Shown here: positions 1 to 8,592 of the stretch, in pieces
How the letters are laid out: each line of letters begins with the position of its first letter
Numbering within the stretch: the first letter of the stretch is position 1
NCBI GenBank assembly: GCA_025927435.1
Contig: JAICLM010000001.1
Span: 1-36,585 of the forward strand
Reading direction: 5' to 3'
DNA: 36,585 nt
Origin: Thermoleophilia bacterium
Lineage (GTDB): Bacteria; Actinomycetota; Thermoleophilia; Gaiellales; Gaiellaceae
Notes under the pieces: model-generated
The model's database searches: none
The model's input: only the letters and a program-made list of their open reading frames with translations
What the model was told of the DNA's origin: nothing
Program-made: the position numbers and the translations under genes

Positions 1-51
1 CGCGTTGTGGCGGATCGCGCCGAGGTCGATCGTGATCTCGCTCCGCTCCAC
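1..51 (-). CDS. alr: alanine racemase, first 17 codons only (gene runs off the left edge)
   Basis: Minus-strand reading from GTG at 51-49 gives VERSEITIDLGAIRHNA. This matches the conserved (I/V)DLxAIxHN motif at the N-terminus of alanine racemases. Its position next to nnr/acpS fits actinobacterial synteny. Only 17 residues are visible. Confidence 0.45.
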   Translation of the reverse strand, partial: MERSEITIDLGAIRHNA

Positions 52-59
52 GGTCGTCC

Positions 60-65
60 AGCCTA
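60..65 (-). promoter_or_regulatory. -10-like hexamer TAGGCT, 8 nt upstream of the alr GTG
   Basis: Read directly (plus strand agccta). It fits the TANNNT pattern, and no well-spaced SD lies between it and the start. Confidence 0.3.
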
Positions 66-86
66 GTGCCGAGCCGGGACGAGGAG

Positions 87-92
87 TAGATT
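87..92 (+). promoter_or_regulatory. -10-like hexamer TAGATT, 8 nt upstream of ATG 101
   Basis: Read directly. It fits TANNNT. The only GGAG-like run (81-86) lies 14 nt from the ATG, too far for a normal SD. Confidence 0.3.
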
Positions 93-100
93 GCGGTGCG

Positions 101-1672
101 ATGAGGAGAAGGCTGCCGCTGTTCGTATTGCTCGCCAGCGCCCTCACCCTCATTGCGAGCCTCTATCTGTCGTGGCGGGCGCCTCTCAACGCGCCCGGGG
201 ACCTGACCGGCTGGACGGCCCCGTCGGGTTATGCGGCCGCACTACTGGCCGTAGCGGTCACAGTGGCGGCGACTGTCGCGCTCATCCGGCCGAGCCGCGC
301 GGCGAGGCTGCCGCTCGGGGGCCTGGGCGTCGCGCTCGCGTACTTCGCCGCCGCCGTCGCCGTCGAACTGACCGCGTTCGCCTTCCCGATAGGAACGTAC
401 CCGGGACCGCGTGGCTGGACCGGATACGGACACTTGCACTGGGCATGGGCCTCCGGCTTCTACCTCGGAGCCACGAGCGGCGCCGTGGCCGCACTCGCCG
501 GACTGGCCCTGCGCGGGAAGGAGCTGCGCTCCCTCCGGGCGTCCGCGGACATCACTGCGGCCGTACTCGGGCTCGGACTGCTTGCTTCGTTCCTCCTGCC
601 GTGGCAGCAGGAACCCGGTGGCTCCCCGGTGATAGGGCTCGACAGCCCGGCTGCGACGATCGCGGCGGCCGGTCTGTTGCTCGGGGCCGGCTGGCTCCGA
701 AGGACGGAGTCCCAGCCGCGCCTGGCCATTCTGCTCATGGTCGCGGTGCTCACCGGCGCCGCGGCGAGCGGCGTGACGATCGTCGGCACAACCGCATACG
801 GAACGTGGCTCGGGGTCGGGTGCGCCGTGGCGCTCGTCGCCCTCGAAGCCGCCAGGGCCCGGACGCACCTCCGACCGCCCGAGCTTCATTGGCGCCGGAC
901 GGCGTTGCGCTCCGGGGCCGCCGTCCTGCTGCTCGTGGCGCTCTTCCTGCCTTGGCAACGCTCCGGTCCTCAACACTTCTCCTGGAACGGTTGGCAGTGG
1001 AGCTTCGGCGCCGCGTCCGCAGCCCTGGCGATGCTGCTTCTCGCAGCTCCTCTTCTGCCGTGGGTCGCGAGATACGCGGCCGAGGCCGCGGTGGGGATCG
1101 CCTGTCTCGTCGCGACGATCGGAATCTCCGTCGTGCACGGGGCGACGGACTTCTTTCATCCGGCCTACGGCTTGTACGTCGGCCTGATCGCGGCAGCACT
1201 CCTTCTGCTCGGCGTGCTGACACCGCTCGAACGGCCCACCGTCGACCGGCGGAGGGCGCTTGTGCGCGCAGTTCCGGTGCTCGCGACCCTCGCCTCCATC
1301 GGTGCAGTCCTCGTACCGGCGTGGCAGGGCGTGCTACCCGTACTGTGGACGGCTGAGGCCAGCGCGGTTCGGAGCTGGTTCGCCGTCGCAACGCTCCTGC
1401 TCGCGCTCCATCTGCTACGTCTCTGGATCAGACGGATCGGCCCCGAGGCGCCGCCGAGCCGGAGCCTGATCGTGATCCCCGCCCTGATCCTCCCGCTCCC
1501 TGCGCTAGAGCTCATGATCGATCGGTCTTCGGTCGCCTGGGGCGGCGTGATCCTCGTCAGCCTCTGCCTCTTGCTCGCCGCGCTCGGCTGGATCGAGCAG
1601 CGAGGCGGCATGGAGAGACTGGGGTTCCCCGAGATGCTGCGCGTCGACCGGCTACCCGAGCCCGAGAGCTAG
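101..1672 (+). CDS. polytopic membrane protein made of four tandem copies of a ~120-140 aa four-helix module; family not recognised
   Basis: ORF-track frame 5..1672, with the start moved to ATG 101 (MRRRLPLFVLL...). The protein is strongly hydrophobic, third-position G+C is high, and internal repeats are visible (LYLSWR / FLLPWQQ / LFLPWQR / LVPAWQG). Competing ORFs 91..1356 and 242..1159 are Arg-rich shadow frames. Confidence 0.7.
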   Translation: MRRRLPLFVLLASALTLIASLYLSWRAPLNAPGDLTGWTAPSGYAAALLAVAVTVAATVALIRPSRAARLPLGGLGVALAYFAAAVAVELTAFAFPIGTYPGPRGWTGYGHLHWAWASGFYLGATSGAVAALAGLALRGKELRSLRASADITAAVLGLGLLASFLLPWQQEPGGSPVIGLDSPAATIAAAGLLLGAGWLRRTESQPRLAILLMVAVLTGAAASGVTIVGTTAYGTWLGVGCAVALVALEAARARTHLRPPELHWRRTALRSGAAVLLLVALFLPWQRSGPQHFSWNGWQWSFGAASAALAMLLLAAPLLPWVARYAAEAAVGIACLVATIGISVVHGATDFFHPAYGLYVGLIAAALLLLGVLTPLERPTVDRRRALVRAVPVLATLASIGAVLVPAWQGVLPVLWTAEASAVRSWFAVATLLLALHLLRLWIRRIGPEAPPSRSLIVIPALILPLPALELMIDRSSVAWGGVILVSLCLLLAALGWIEQRGGMERLGFPEMLRVDRLPEPES

Positions 1673-2980
1673 CGCCCGCGGTAGCGCCTCGACCACGTCG
1701 CTCGCGACGAGGCCGTAGCGCTGTGACGCCTCGCGTGAGGCGAGCTGTTGCGCCGCACACGCGGCGGCCGCCGCGCGTTGCGGCTCCATCCCCTTCGCGA
1801 GGAAGGCAGCCGTGACTCCGGTGAGGACGTCGCCCGTTCCGGCCGTCGAGAGCGACGAGAGGCCGAGAGCACAGACGATGACGCCGCGGTCGGGTGCGGC
1901 GACGAGGGAGTCCTCGCCCTTGAGCACGACGACGGAGTCGAAGCGCTGGGCGGCCTCCTGCACGGCAGCGAGCCGGTGAGCGGCGATCTCCTTCGACTCG
2001 CGGCCGAGCAGCCGTGCGAGCTCGCCTTCGTGCGGGGTCAGGACCCGCGGCGCAGGCCACTCCCCGGCCTCGAGCTCGAACAGGGCGTCGGCGTCGACCA
2101 CCGCCGGCAGCTCCACCTCGGCGAGGAGGCGGCGCACCAGCGCCTTCGCCTCCGGCCCGCGCCCGAGGCCCGGCCCGACCGCGAGTGCCTTCGCCTTCTT
2201 CGCCGCCTCGAACACGTCCTCGAGCGGCCGCTTCACCGCCTCGAGCACGAGCGTCTCGAGAACGGGAAGCGACGCAGCCGGCGCGGCGATCGTCACGTAG
2301 CCGACGTCGGCGCGCAGGGCCGCGCGCGCGGCGAGCGCCGGGGCTCCAGTCATGCCGCGCGAGCCGCCGACGACGAGGACGTGGCCCGCCGTGTACTTGT
2401 TGTCGCGCGGGGAGCGGCGCGGCACCTCGGCCAGGATCTCCGCGGTGACGAGCCGGTGCTCGGTCTGAGCGAGCTCGAGCCCGATGTCGGCGACCGCCAC
2501 GTCGCCGGCGTGGAAGCGCCCCGGCGCGATCGCGAGGCCCACCTTCGGGCCGTGGATCGTCACCGTGACGTCCGCCCGCACCGCGGCGCCGGCGACCTCC
2601 CCCGTGGAGGCGTTCACGCCGGAGGGGATGTCGACCGCCAGCACTGGAACGCCGCCCGCGTTGATCTGCTCGATGAGCTGCGCGGTCTCGTCGCGCGGCG
2701 GTCCTTTCAGGCCGGTGCCGAGGAGCGCGTCGATCACCACGTCCGGCCGCTCGCGGACGAGCTCACGCCCCTGCGCCTGCAGGATCTCGGCGGCAATGCG
2801 CCCGTCGCCGCCGTTCGCGCCACCGCCTGCGTGCAGCGCGATCCGCCGAGCGTCGGGGAAGCGCCGCATGAGCTCTTCGGCGACGGCGGCTCCGGCGCGC
2901 TGCATCATCCGGTCGACGTCGTGGCCCGCCTCGGCGGCGCGCATCTCCTCGGCGGTGTAGAGCGGCTCGCGCTCAGCCAT
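1652..2980 (-). CDS. nnr: bifunctional NAD(P)H-hydrate repair enzyme (YjeF_N epimerase + ADP-dependent dehydratase)
   Basis: 442-aa ORF. The N-terminal half resembles the YjeF_N epimerase (GGGANGGDG). The C-terminal half resembles a carbohydrate-kinase-like dehydratase (KYTAGHVLVVGGS..., GTGDVLTG). ATG at 2980. Confidence 0.9.
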   Translation of the reverse strand: MAEREPLYTAEEMRAAEAGHDVDRMMQRAGAAVAEELMRRFPDARRIALHAGGGANGGDGRIAAEILQAQGRELVRERPDVVIDALLGTGLKGPPRDETAQLIEQINAGGVPVLAVDIPSGVNASTGEVAGAAVRADVTVTIHGPKVGLAIAPGRFHAGDVAVADIGLELAQTEHRLVTAEILAEVPRRSPRDNKYTAGHVLVVGGSRGMTGAPALAARAALRADVGYVTIAAPAASLPVLETLVLEAVKRPLEDVFEAAKKAKALAVGPGLGRGPEAKALVRRLLAEVELPAVVDADALFELEAGEWPAPRVLTPHEGELARLLGRESKEIAAHRLAAVQEAAQRFDSVVVLKGEDSLVAAPDRGVIVCALGLSSLSTAGTGDVLTGVTAAFLAKGMEPQRAAAAACAAQQLASREASQRYGLVASDVVEALPRALALGLG

Positions 2981-3344
2981 CGGTGGCGACGGCGACTGCC
3001 TGCGCGAGCTCGCGCGAGTGCGTCATCGAGAGGTCGACCGCCGCCACCCCGAGAGCGGCTGCCCGCTCGGCGAGCCGGCCGGAGAGGTACACCGCCGGCT
3101 TGGGCCGCCCGACGATCTCGACCTCCCGCCAGGCGAACGCCCGTGCGACCCCGAAGCCGAGCGCCTTGCCGACCGCCTCCTTGCCGGCGAAGCGGCCGGC
3201 GTAGCTCTGAGCCGGGTTCGACCGCGAGTCGCAGTAGGCGCGCTCTGCCTCGGTGAAGCAGCGCTCACGGAAGCGCGAGTAGCGCTCGAGCGCGCGACGG
3301 ATCCGCTCGATCTCGATCAGGTCGGTGCCGACATGGACGCTCAC
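2973..3344 (-). CDS. acpS: holo-[acyl-carrier-protein] synthase
   Basis: The last 123 codons of ORF 2973..4217 read VSVHVGTDLIEIERI...FAGKEAVGKALG...MTHS, a typical AcpS. GTG at 3344 forms a GTGA overlap with the upstream stop. The rest of the 414-aa ORF is Arg-rich shadow frame. Confidence 0.88.
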   Translation of the reverse strand: MSVHVGTDLIEIERIRRALERYSRFRERCFTEAERAYCDSRSNPAQSYAGRFAGKEAVGKALGFGVARAFAWREVEIVGRPKPAVYLSGRLAERAAALGVAAVDLSMTHSRELAQAVAVATDG

Positions 3345-4120
3345 GCGAGATGCTCCTCGAGCCACTCGGGCAGGTGCGCAATCGAGGAGACGATCCCGTC
3401 CGGCTGGATCCGCGACGTCTCGACGGTGTCCGGCCGGAACTTGCCGGTGCGCACGAGCACCGCGCGCATCCCCACGCCGCGCGCGCCGACGACGTCGGTC
3501 TCGAGATCGTCGCCGACCATCCAGGTCATGGAGGGCTCCGCGTCGAGCGCGCGGCAGGCGGCATCGAAGTACGCGGCGCTCGGCTTGCCGAGCACGGTGG
3601 CCGCGGTCTGGGCCGCGTATTCCAGCCCGGCGACGTAGCAGCCGGAATCGAGCAGCGGGCCGCGCTGTGTCTGCCACCAGCGGTTGCGATGGAGGCAGTA
3701 GAGGTCGGCGCCCATCTCGAGCTCCTGGAACGCGCGCGCGAGGTTCATGTAGGAGAAGACGAGGTTCGTCTCCGGTGAGTCGTCCGCGCCGCCGATGAGT
3801 ACGGCGTCGACGTTGTCGCCCACGAGCTCGATCCCCTCCAGATCGGCGACGAGCGCATGCATCACGAGAGCGAGGACACGGCGGCCGCGCAGCGCCTCGA
3901 CTGCCGCGTCGGCCGTCGTCTGCACCTCCCCCACCTCGAGCTCGATCCCCATCGCCTGCAGGGCTGCGGCGAGGTCCGCCTTCGAGCGGGTCGTCGCGTT
4001 CGTGACGAAGCGGAGCCGGTGCCCGCCCTCGCGGAGCCTGCGTACCGCATCGGCCGCGCCGGGCAACGGGTGGCCGGAGACGTGCAGGACGCCGTCCACG
4101 TCGAGCAGAATCGCGGCCAT
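3341..4120 (-). CDS. HAD-superfamily hydrolase, subfamily IIA (NagD-like phosphatase)
   Basis: MAAILLDVDGVLHVSG (DxDG motif I), FVTNATTRS (motif II), GKPS and MVGDDLETDV (motifs III/IV). ATG at 4120 lies directly before the DxD motif. Confidence 0.85.
   Translation of the reverse strand: MAAILLDVDGVLHVSGHPLPGAADAVRRLREGGHRLRFVTNATTRSKADLAAALQAMGIELEVGEVQTTADAAVEALRGRRVLALVMHALVADLEGIELVGDNVDAVLIGGADDSPETNLVFSYMNLARAFQELEMGADLYCLHRNRWWQTQRGPLLDSGCYVAGLEYAAQTAATVLGKPSAAYFDAACRALDAEPSMTWMVGDDLETDVVGARGVGMRAVLVRTGKFRPDTVETSRIQPDGIVSSIAHLPEWLEEHLA
4106..4111 (+). promoter_or_regulatory. -10-like hexamer CAGAAT, 7 nt upstream of the arfB ATG, inside the HAD coding sequence
   Basis: Read directly. 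It has A2 and T6 of TANNNT but not T1. There is no room for a 5' UTR, because the divergent gene starts at 4120. Confidence 0.25.
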
Positions 4121-4526
4121 GAATGGCGAGTCTATTCGCGTCACTCGCTCGGTCGTACTGCCGCTCGCGGAGATCGAGCTGCAGGTCTCCCGCTCGAGCG
4201 GGCCGGGGGGCCAGCACGCGCAGAAGTCGGAGACGCGTGTCGTCGCCGTGTTCGACGTCGAGGCCTCGAACGCGCTGAGCGACGCGCAGAAGCGTCGCGT
4301 CGTCGCGCGCGCCGGACCGGTACTGCGGGCGGTGGCACAGGACGAGCGGAGCCAGACGCGCAACCGCGAGCTCGCGGTCGAGCGGCTTGTCGGCTCGCTG
4401 CGCGAAGCGCTTCGCGTGGAGCGAAAACGCGTCCCCACGAAGCCGAGCGCGGCGGCTCGTCAGCGCCGCCTCGACCGGAAGCGGCGGCGCGGCGAGGTCA
4501 AGAAGCTGCGGCGCCCTCCGGACTAG
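4119..4526 (+). CDS. arfB: alternative ribosome-rescue factor / peptidyl-tRNA hydrolase ArfB (YaeJ family)
   Basis: MNGESIRV...SSGPGGQHAQKSETRV (GGQ motif) followed by a basic C-terminal tail (RQRRLDRKRRRGEVKKLRR). These are the last 135 codons of ORF 3795..4526, and ATG 4119 is the only plausible in-frame start. Confidence 0.85.
   Translation: MNGESIRVTRSVVLPLAEIELQVSRSSGPGGQHAQKSETRVVAVFDVEASNALSDAQKRRVVARAGPVLRAVAQDERSQTRNRELAVERLVGSLREALRVERKRVPTKPSAAARQRRLDRKRRRGEVKKLRRPPD
4129..4134 (-). promoter_or_regulatory. -10-like hexamer TAGACT, 8 nt upstream of the HAD ATG, inside the arfB coding sequence
   Basis: Read directly (plus strand agtcta). It fits TANNNT. Confidence 0.3.
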
Positions 4527-6666
4527 GGCTCGACACCCGCTCGACTTCCACGTGCGGAAGCCACTCGAGCCAGCGTGGCAAGTACCAGCTGCGCCGGTCG
4601 AGCAGTGCCAGAGTGGCGGGCAGGACGACCGAACGGATGATCGTTGCGTCGAGCAGCAGCGCGATGGCGACGCCGAAGCCCATCTGCTGGAACATCACGA
4701 GCTTGCCGGCCGCGAAGCCCGCGAAGACGACGACGATGATCAGCGCCGCGCCGGTGATGATCCGCGCCGTCGACGCGACGCCGCCGACCACCGCATCGTG
4801 CGTCGAGCCGGAGGCGTCGTAGCGCTCCTTGATCCGGCTCATGAGGAACACCTGGTAGTCCATCGAGAGGCCGAACAGGACCGAGAAGAGGAAGAGCGGA
4901 ACCCACGCGTCGATCACGTTCGTGTGCTGGAAGCCGAACAGGCCGGCGCCGTGCCCGTCGAGGAAGATGAGCGTCAGGAGCCCGTATGCCGCGCCGACGG
5001 AGAGCAGGTTCAGCAAGACCGAGACCAGCGCGACGACGATCGAGCGGAACGCGACCGTGAGCAGGATGAAGCTCAGCCCGAGCACGAACAGGAGTACGTA
5101 CGGGGTCGGGTTCGTCACGGCGTCGAAGTAGTCGACGTTCTCCGCGGTGACACCGCCCACGTAGACCTTCGCCCCGCTGTCGTCGAAGATCGACGGAATG
5201 ACGTTCGCGCGGAGATCGCGGACTGCCGCGACGGCGGCGCCGCCGACCGGGTCTCCCCGTACCGGGGCCGTGAGCAGTCCGACGACCCTCGGCGCGGCCG
5301 ACTGGATGCGGCCCGCACCGAACCTTCCCTCGGCCGCCAGCCGGCGTTGGAGCCGCTGGAGATTGTCGAGCAGGACTTTGGGGTCGCCCCCGACGGCGAC
5401 GATCCGTACCGGCTCCGGATTCTGCACGGGGAACGCGCGCTGGAGCAGCACGTAGCCCTGCTTCGAGGGAAGGCTGGACGGCAGCGTGCTCACGCCGTTC
5501 GCGCCGATGTGCAGCCCGAAGATCGGCGAGGCGAGCGCGAGCATCGCTCCGACCGACACCGCGAGTGAGAGCGCCGGACGGCGGAGCACGGCGTCCACGA
5601 TCCGCCGCCAGAAACGTCCTTCGGCCGAGTCGGCGCGGCCGAGGTTCCGGCCCAGAATCGGGACGGGCCAGGAGTTGACACGGTCGCCGGTGAGGCTGAG
5701 CAGCGCGGGCAGCAGTGTCAGCGCCGCGGCGACCGAGACGATTCCGACCAGGATCGCCCCGAGCGCGAGGCTCCGCATGATCGAGGTCGGGACGATGAAC
5801 ATGCCGAGCAGCGCGACCACGAAGGTGCTGCCGCTGAAGAGCACGGCGCGACTCGCGGTGGCGCCCGACCGCGCGATCGCCTCGTCCTTCGCAAAGCCCA
5901 GGTTCCGCTCCTCGCGATAGCGGGACACCACGAACAGGGAGTAGTCGATCCCGAGCGCGAGCCCCATCCCGGTGAGCATGTTCACGATGAAGACCGAGAG
6001 CGAAAACCCGAGCGAGATCACCGCGACGAGCCCGAGCGCGACGATGATCGAGAGGATCGCCATCAAAACCGGCACGAGCCCGGCGACGACGGCGCCGAAG
6101 ACGAGAACGAGGACGATCAGCGCGGCTGGCAGGCCGAAGGCGAGCTCACCCTTCTCGAGGTCGGTCTGCGACTGCTTGCCGAAGTCGTAGCCGGTCGAGT
6201 GGAAGCCGGTGATGCCCACCGCGAACCCGTCCCGGTTCGCCTTCTCCACCACCTGCTCGACCGGCCCCGCCCCGGAGTCGCTGCGGATCTGGATCGAGAC
6301 GAGCGCGGAGCGGCGATCGGGCGAGAAGGCTACCGGCCGTGCGTTCCGCACCTCCCCGGTGGCCGCGAGCGCGGCTTGCAACCGCTTCCCGAACGCGCGG
6401 AACTGCGGCGAGTCAGCGGTGTAGCGGCTCGAGGTCACGACGATCACGTCCTGCTTCTCGCTCGCAGCGACTCCGGGGAACGTCCGGGCGATCGTGTCCT
6501 TCGCCTGCGTCGACTCCGGATTGCCCTCGACGTTCCCCTGCGAGCTGAGCCCGTGCAGCGACGTGACGATGAGCACGATTGCGACCAGGACGGCCACGCC
6601 CCAGAACGCAAGGGTGCGGCGGGGGCGCGCCGCGCACGCGCGTGCGAGCCGCTCGGTCAGACCCAT
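4498..6666 (-). CDS. MMPL-family (RND superfamily) membrane transporter
   Basis: 722 aa with two blocks of transmembrane helices separated by soluble loops and typical MMPL sequence (GIDYSLFVVSRYREE, GLSMDYQVFLMSRIKE). Confidence 0.88.
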   Translation of the reverse strand: MGLTERLARACAARPRRTLAFWGVAVLVAIVLIVTSLHGLSSQGNVEGNPESTQAKDTIARTFPGVAASEKQDVIVVTSSRYTADSPQFRAFGKRLQAALAATGEVRNARPVAFSPDRRSALVSIQIRSDSGAGPVEQVVEKANRDGFAVGITGFHSTGYDFGKQSQTDLEKGELAFGLPAALIVLVLVFGAVVAGLVPVLMAILSIIVALGLVAVISLGFSLSVFIVNMLTGMGLALGIDYSLFVVSRYREERNLGFAKDEAIARSGATASRAVLFSGSTFVVALLGMFIVPTSIMRSLALGAILVGIVSVAAALTLLPALLSLTGDRVNSWPVPILGRNLGRADSAEGRFWRRIVDAVLRRPALSLAVSVGAMLALASPIFGLHIGANGVSTLPSSLPSKQGYVLLQRAFPVQNPEPVRIVAVGGDPKVLLDNLQRLQRRLAAEGRFGAGRIQSAAPRVVGLLTAPVRGDPVGGAAVAAVRDLRANVIPSIFDDSGAKVYVGGVTAENVDYFDAVTNPTPYVLLFVLGLSFILLTVAFRSIVVALVSVLLNLLSVGAAYGLLTLIFLDGHGAGLFGFQHTNVIDAWVPLFLFSVLFGLSMDYQVFLMSRIKERYDASGSTHDAVVGGVASTARIITGAALIIVVVFAGFAAGKLVMFQQMGFGVAIALLLDATIIRSVVLPATLALLDRRSWYLPRWLEWLPHVEVERVSSPSPEGAAAS

Positions 6667-6676
6667 GCCGGAGTTA

Positions 6677-8503
6677 TTACTCCACCGTGACGGTCTTCGC
6701 CAGGTTGCGCGGCTGATCGACGTTGAGGCCGCGCAGGCGGGCGATGCGGTACGCGAGGAGCTGGAGCGGGATCACGGCGAGCGACGCCTGCAGGAAGTTC
6801 GGCGTCCGCGGCACGTAGATCACGTCGTCGGCGTGGTGCTGGATGCCCTCGTTGCCGTCGGTCGCGATCGCGATCACGTGCGCGCCGCGCGCCCGCGTCT
6901 CCTGGATGTTCGAGACGATCTTGTCGTAGACGTGGATGTTCGTCGCCACGACGACGACCGGCGTTCCCTCCGCGAGCAGCGCGATCGGGCCGTGCTTCAT
7001 CTCCCCCGCCGAATACGCCTCGGTCGGGATGTAGGAGATCTCCTTCAGCTTCAGCGCACCCTCGAGCGCGACGGGCAGCCCGATGTGGCGGCCGAGGTAG
7101 AGGAAGAACGGCTCGTTGTGGAAGCGCTGCGCGATCGACTCGATCGGATGGTCGCCGTCGAGGAACTCCTGCATCTTCTGCGGCAGCTCGTGGAGGCGGT
7201 CGAGGATGAAGTCGATCTCCTCCTGCGGCAGCGTCCGCCGGATCTCGGCGAGCTTGAGCGCGAGCAGGCTGAGCAGCGCGACCTGCGCGGTGAACGTCTT
7301 CGAGGCGGCGACGCCGACCTCCATCCCGCAGCGGGTGTAGAGCGTCGCGTCGGCTTCACGGGTGATCTGCGTTCCCATCAGGTTCGTGATCGCGAGCGTC
7401 CGCGCACCGCTCTCCCGCGCGAGCTTGATCGCGTTGACGGTGTCGCGGGTCTCGCCGGACTGCGAGATCCCGATCACGAGCGTGTCCTTCGAGAGCACCG
7501 GGTTGCGGTAGATCCACTCGCTCGCGATGTCGGGCTCCACCGGGATGCGCGCCCACTCCTCGAGGATGTAGCGGCCGACGACGCCGGCGTGGTACGCGGT
7601 GCCGCAGGCGACGATCACGATCCGGCGGAGGTTGCGGATCTCGAGCTCGGTCAACCCGAGGGCATCGAGCACGAGCCGGTGACCGCGGACGCGATCGCCG
7701 ATCGTCTCGGCCACGGCGTCGGGCTGCTCGAAGATCTCCTTGAGCATGAACGTCTCGTAGCCGGCCTTCTCGGCGCTCTCCTCGTCCCAGTCGATCTCCT
7801 GCCGCTCGGGCGGGTCGACCTCGGATCCGTCGACGAAGAAGCGGACACCGCTCGGCGTGACTTCGACGACCTCGCCGTCGCGCGGATGCATGACGACGCG
7901 GGTCTCGCTCAGGAACGCGGCGATCGAGGAGGCGAGGAAGTTCTCGCCCTCGCCGAGCCCCACAACGAGCGGCGTCTGGTGCCGGACTCCGGCGAGCAGG
8001 TCGGGCTGGTCGTAGTGGATGGCGACGATCGAGAAATGCCCCTCGAGCTTCGGATAGACGCGAGAGAGCGCCTGTGCGAGGTCGCCGTCGTACTCCTCCT
8101 CGAGCAGGTGGACGACGGCCTCGGCGTCCGTCTCGGAGGTGAGCGTGTGGCCGCGCCCGGCGAGCTGCTCACGGAGCTCGACGTAGTTCTCGATGATCCC
8201 GTTGAGGACGATGGCCAACCGCCCTGGCTCGCAGCCGGTGAGCGGGTGCGCGTTCTGCTCCGTCACTGCGCCGTGCGTGGCCCAGCGCGTGTGGCCGAGG
8301 CCGTGATGCGAGTGGGAGCCGTTCGTCCCGGCCGCCTCCACGAGGTTGCGGAGGGTGCCGACGGCGCGCACGTAGTCGAGGGCGTCGTCCTCGCGCAGCG
8401 CGATTCCCGCGGAGTCGTAGCCGCGGTACTCGAGCCTGCGCAATCCCTCCAGGAGAAGCGGCTTGGCGTCGCGCGACCCGACGTATCCGATGATTCCGCA
8501 CAC
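6677..8503 (-). CDS. glmS: glutamine--fructose-6-phosphate aminotransferase (isomerising)
   Basis: MCGIIGYVG N-terminal nucleophile Cys, two SIS domains, C-terminal ...AKTVTVE. GTG start at 8503 with a GGAG-type SD (aaaggagcggac) upstream. Confidence 0.97.
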   Translation of the reverse strand: MCGIIGYVGSRDAKPLLLEGLRRLEYRGYDSAGIALREDDALDYVRAVGTLRNLVEAAGTNGSHSHHGLGHTRWATHGAVTEQNAHPLTGCEPGRLAIVLNGIIENYVELREQLAGRGHTLTSETDAEAVVHLLEEEYDGDLAQALSRVYPKLEGHFSIVAIHYDQPDLLAGVRHQTPLVVGLGEGENFLASSIAAFLSETRVVMHPRDGEVVEVTPSGVRFFVDGSEVDPPERQEIDWDEESAEKAGYETFMLKEIFEQPDAVAETIGDRVRGHRLVLDALGLTELEIRNLRRIVIVACGTAYHAGVVGRYILEEWARIPVEPDIASEWIYRNPVLSKDTLVIGISQSGETRDTVNAIKLARESGARTLAITNLMGTQITREADATLYTRCGMEVGVAASKTFTAQVALLSLLALKLAEIRRTLPQEEIDFILDRLHELPQKMQEFLDGDHPIESIAQRFHNEPFFLYLGRHIGLPVALEGALKLKEISYIPTEAYSAGEMKHGPIALLAEGTPVVVVATNIHVYDKIVSNIQETRARGAHVIAIATDGNEGIQHHADDVIYVPRTPNFLQASLAVIPLQLLAYRIARLRGLNVDQPRNLAKTVTVE

Positions 8504-8592
8504 GTCCGCTCCTTTCCCCGCTGGGCACGGAAAACGCTCCCTGGAAACGCAAAGAGCCCGGCCTCCGACCCGGTCGCTGCGTCGCGGTGGGG

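Noticed and set aside
2973-4217. A 414-aa ORF taken as a single gene.
   Set aside because: Only the C-terminal 123 residues (AcpS) are protein-like. The upstream part is the Arg-rich alternative frame of the HAD hydrolase gene, which is clearly real in its own frame.
6670-6683. A GGAGT-tatt-ACTCC mini-hairpin spanning the glmS stop codon in front of the MMPL gene.
   Set aside because: The stem is only 5 bp with a 4-nt loop. It is easily explained by chance plus the SD sequence, and is not enough to call a regulatory element.
8504-8592. A possible glmS ribozyme or riboswitch upstream of glmS.
   Set aside because: The whole gap between glmM and glmS is 89 nt, shorter than the roughly 170-nt ribozyme. 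I could not find its conserved core, nor any convincing hairpin. Only an SD and a few T-runs are evident.
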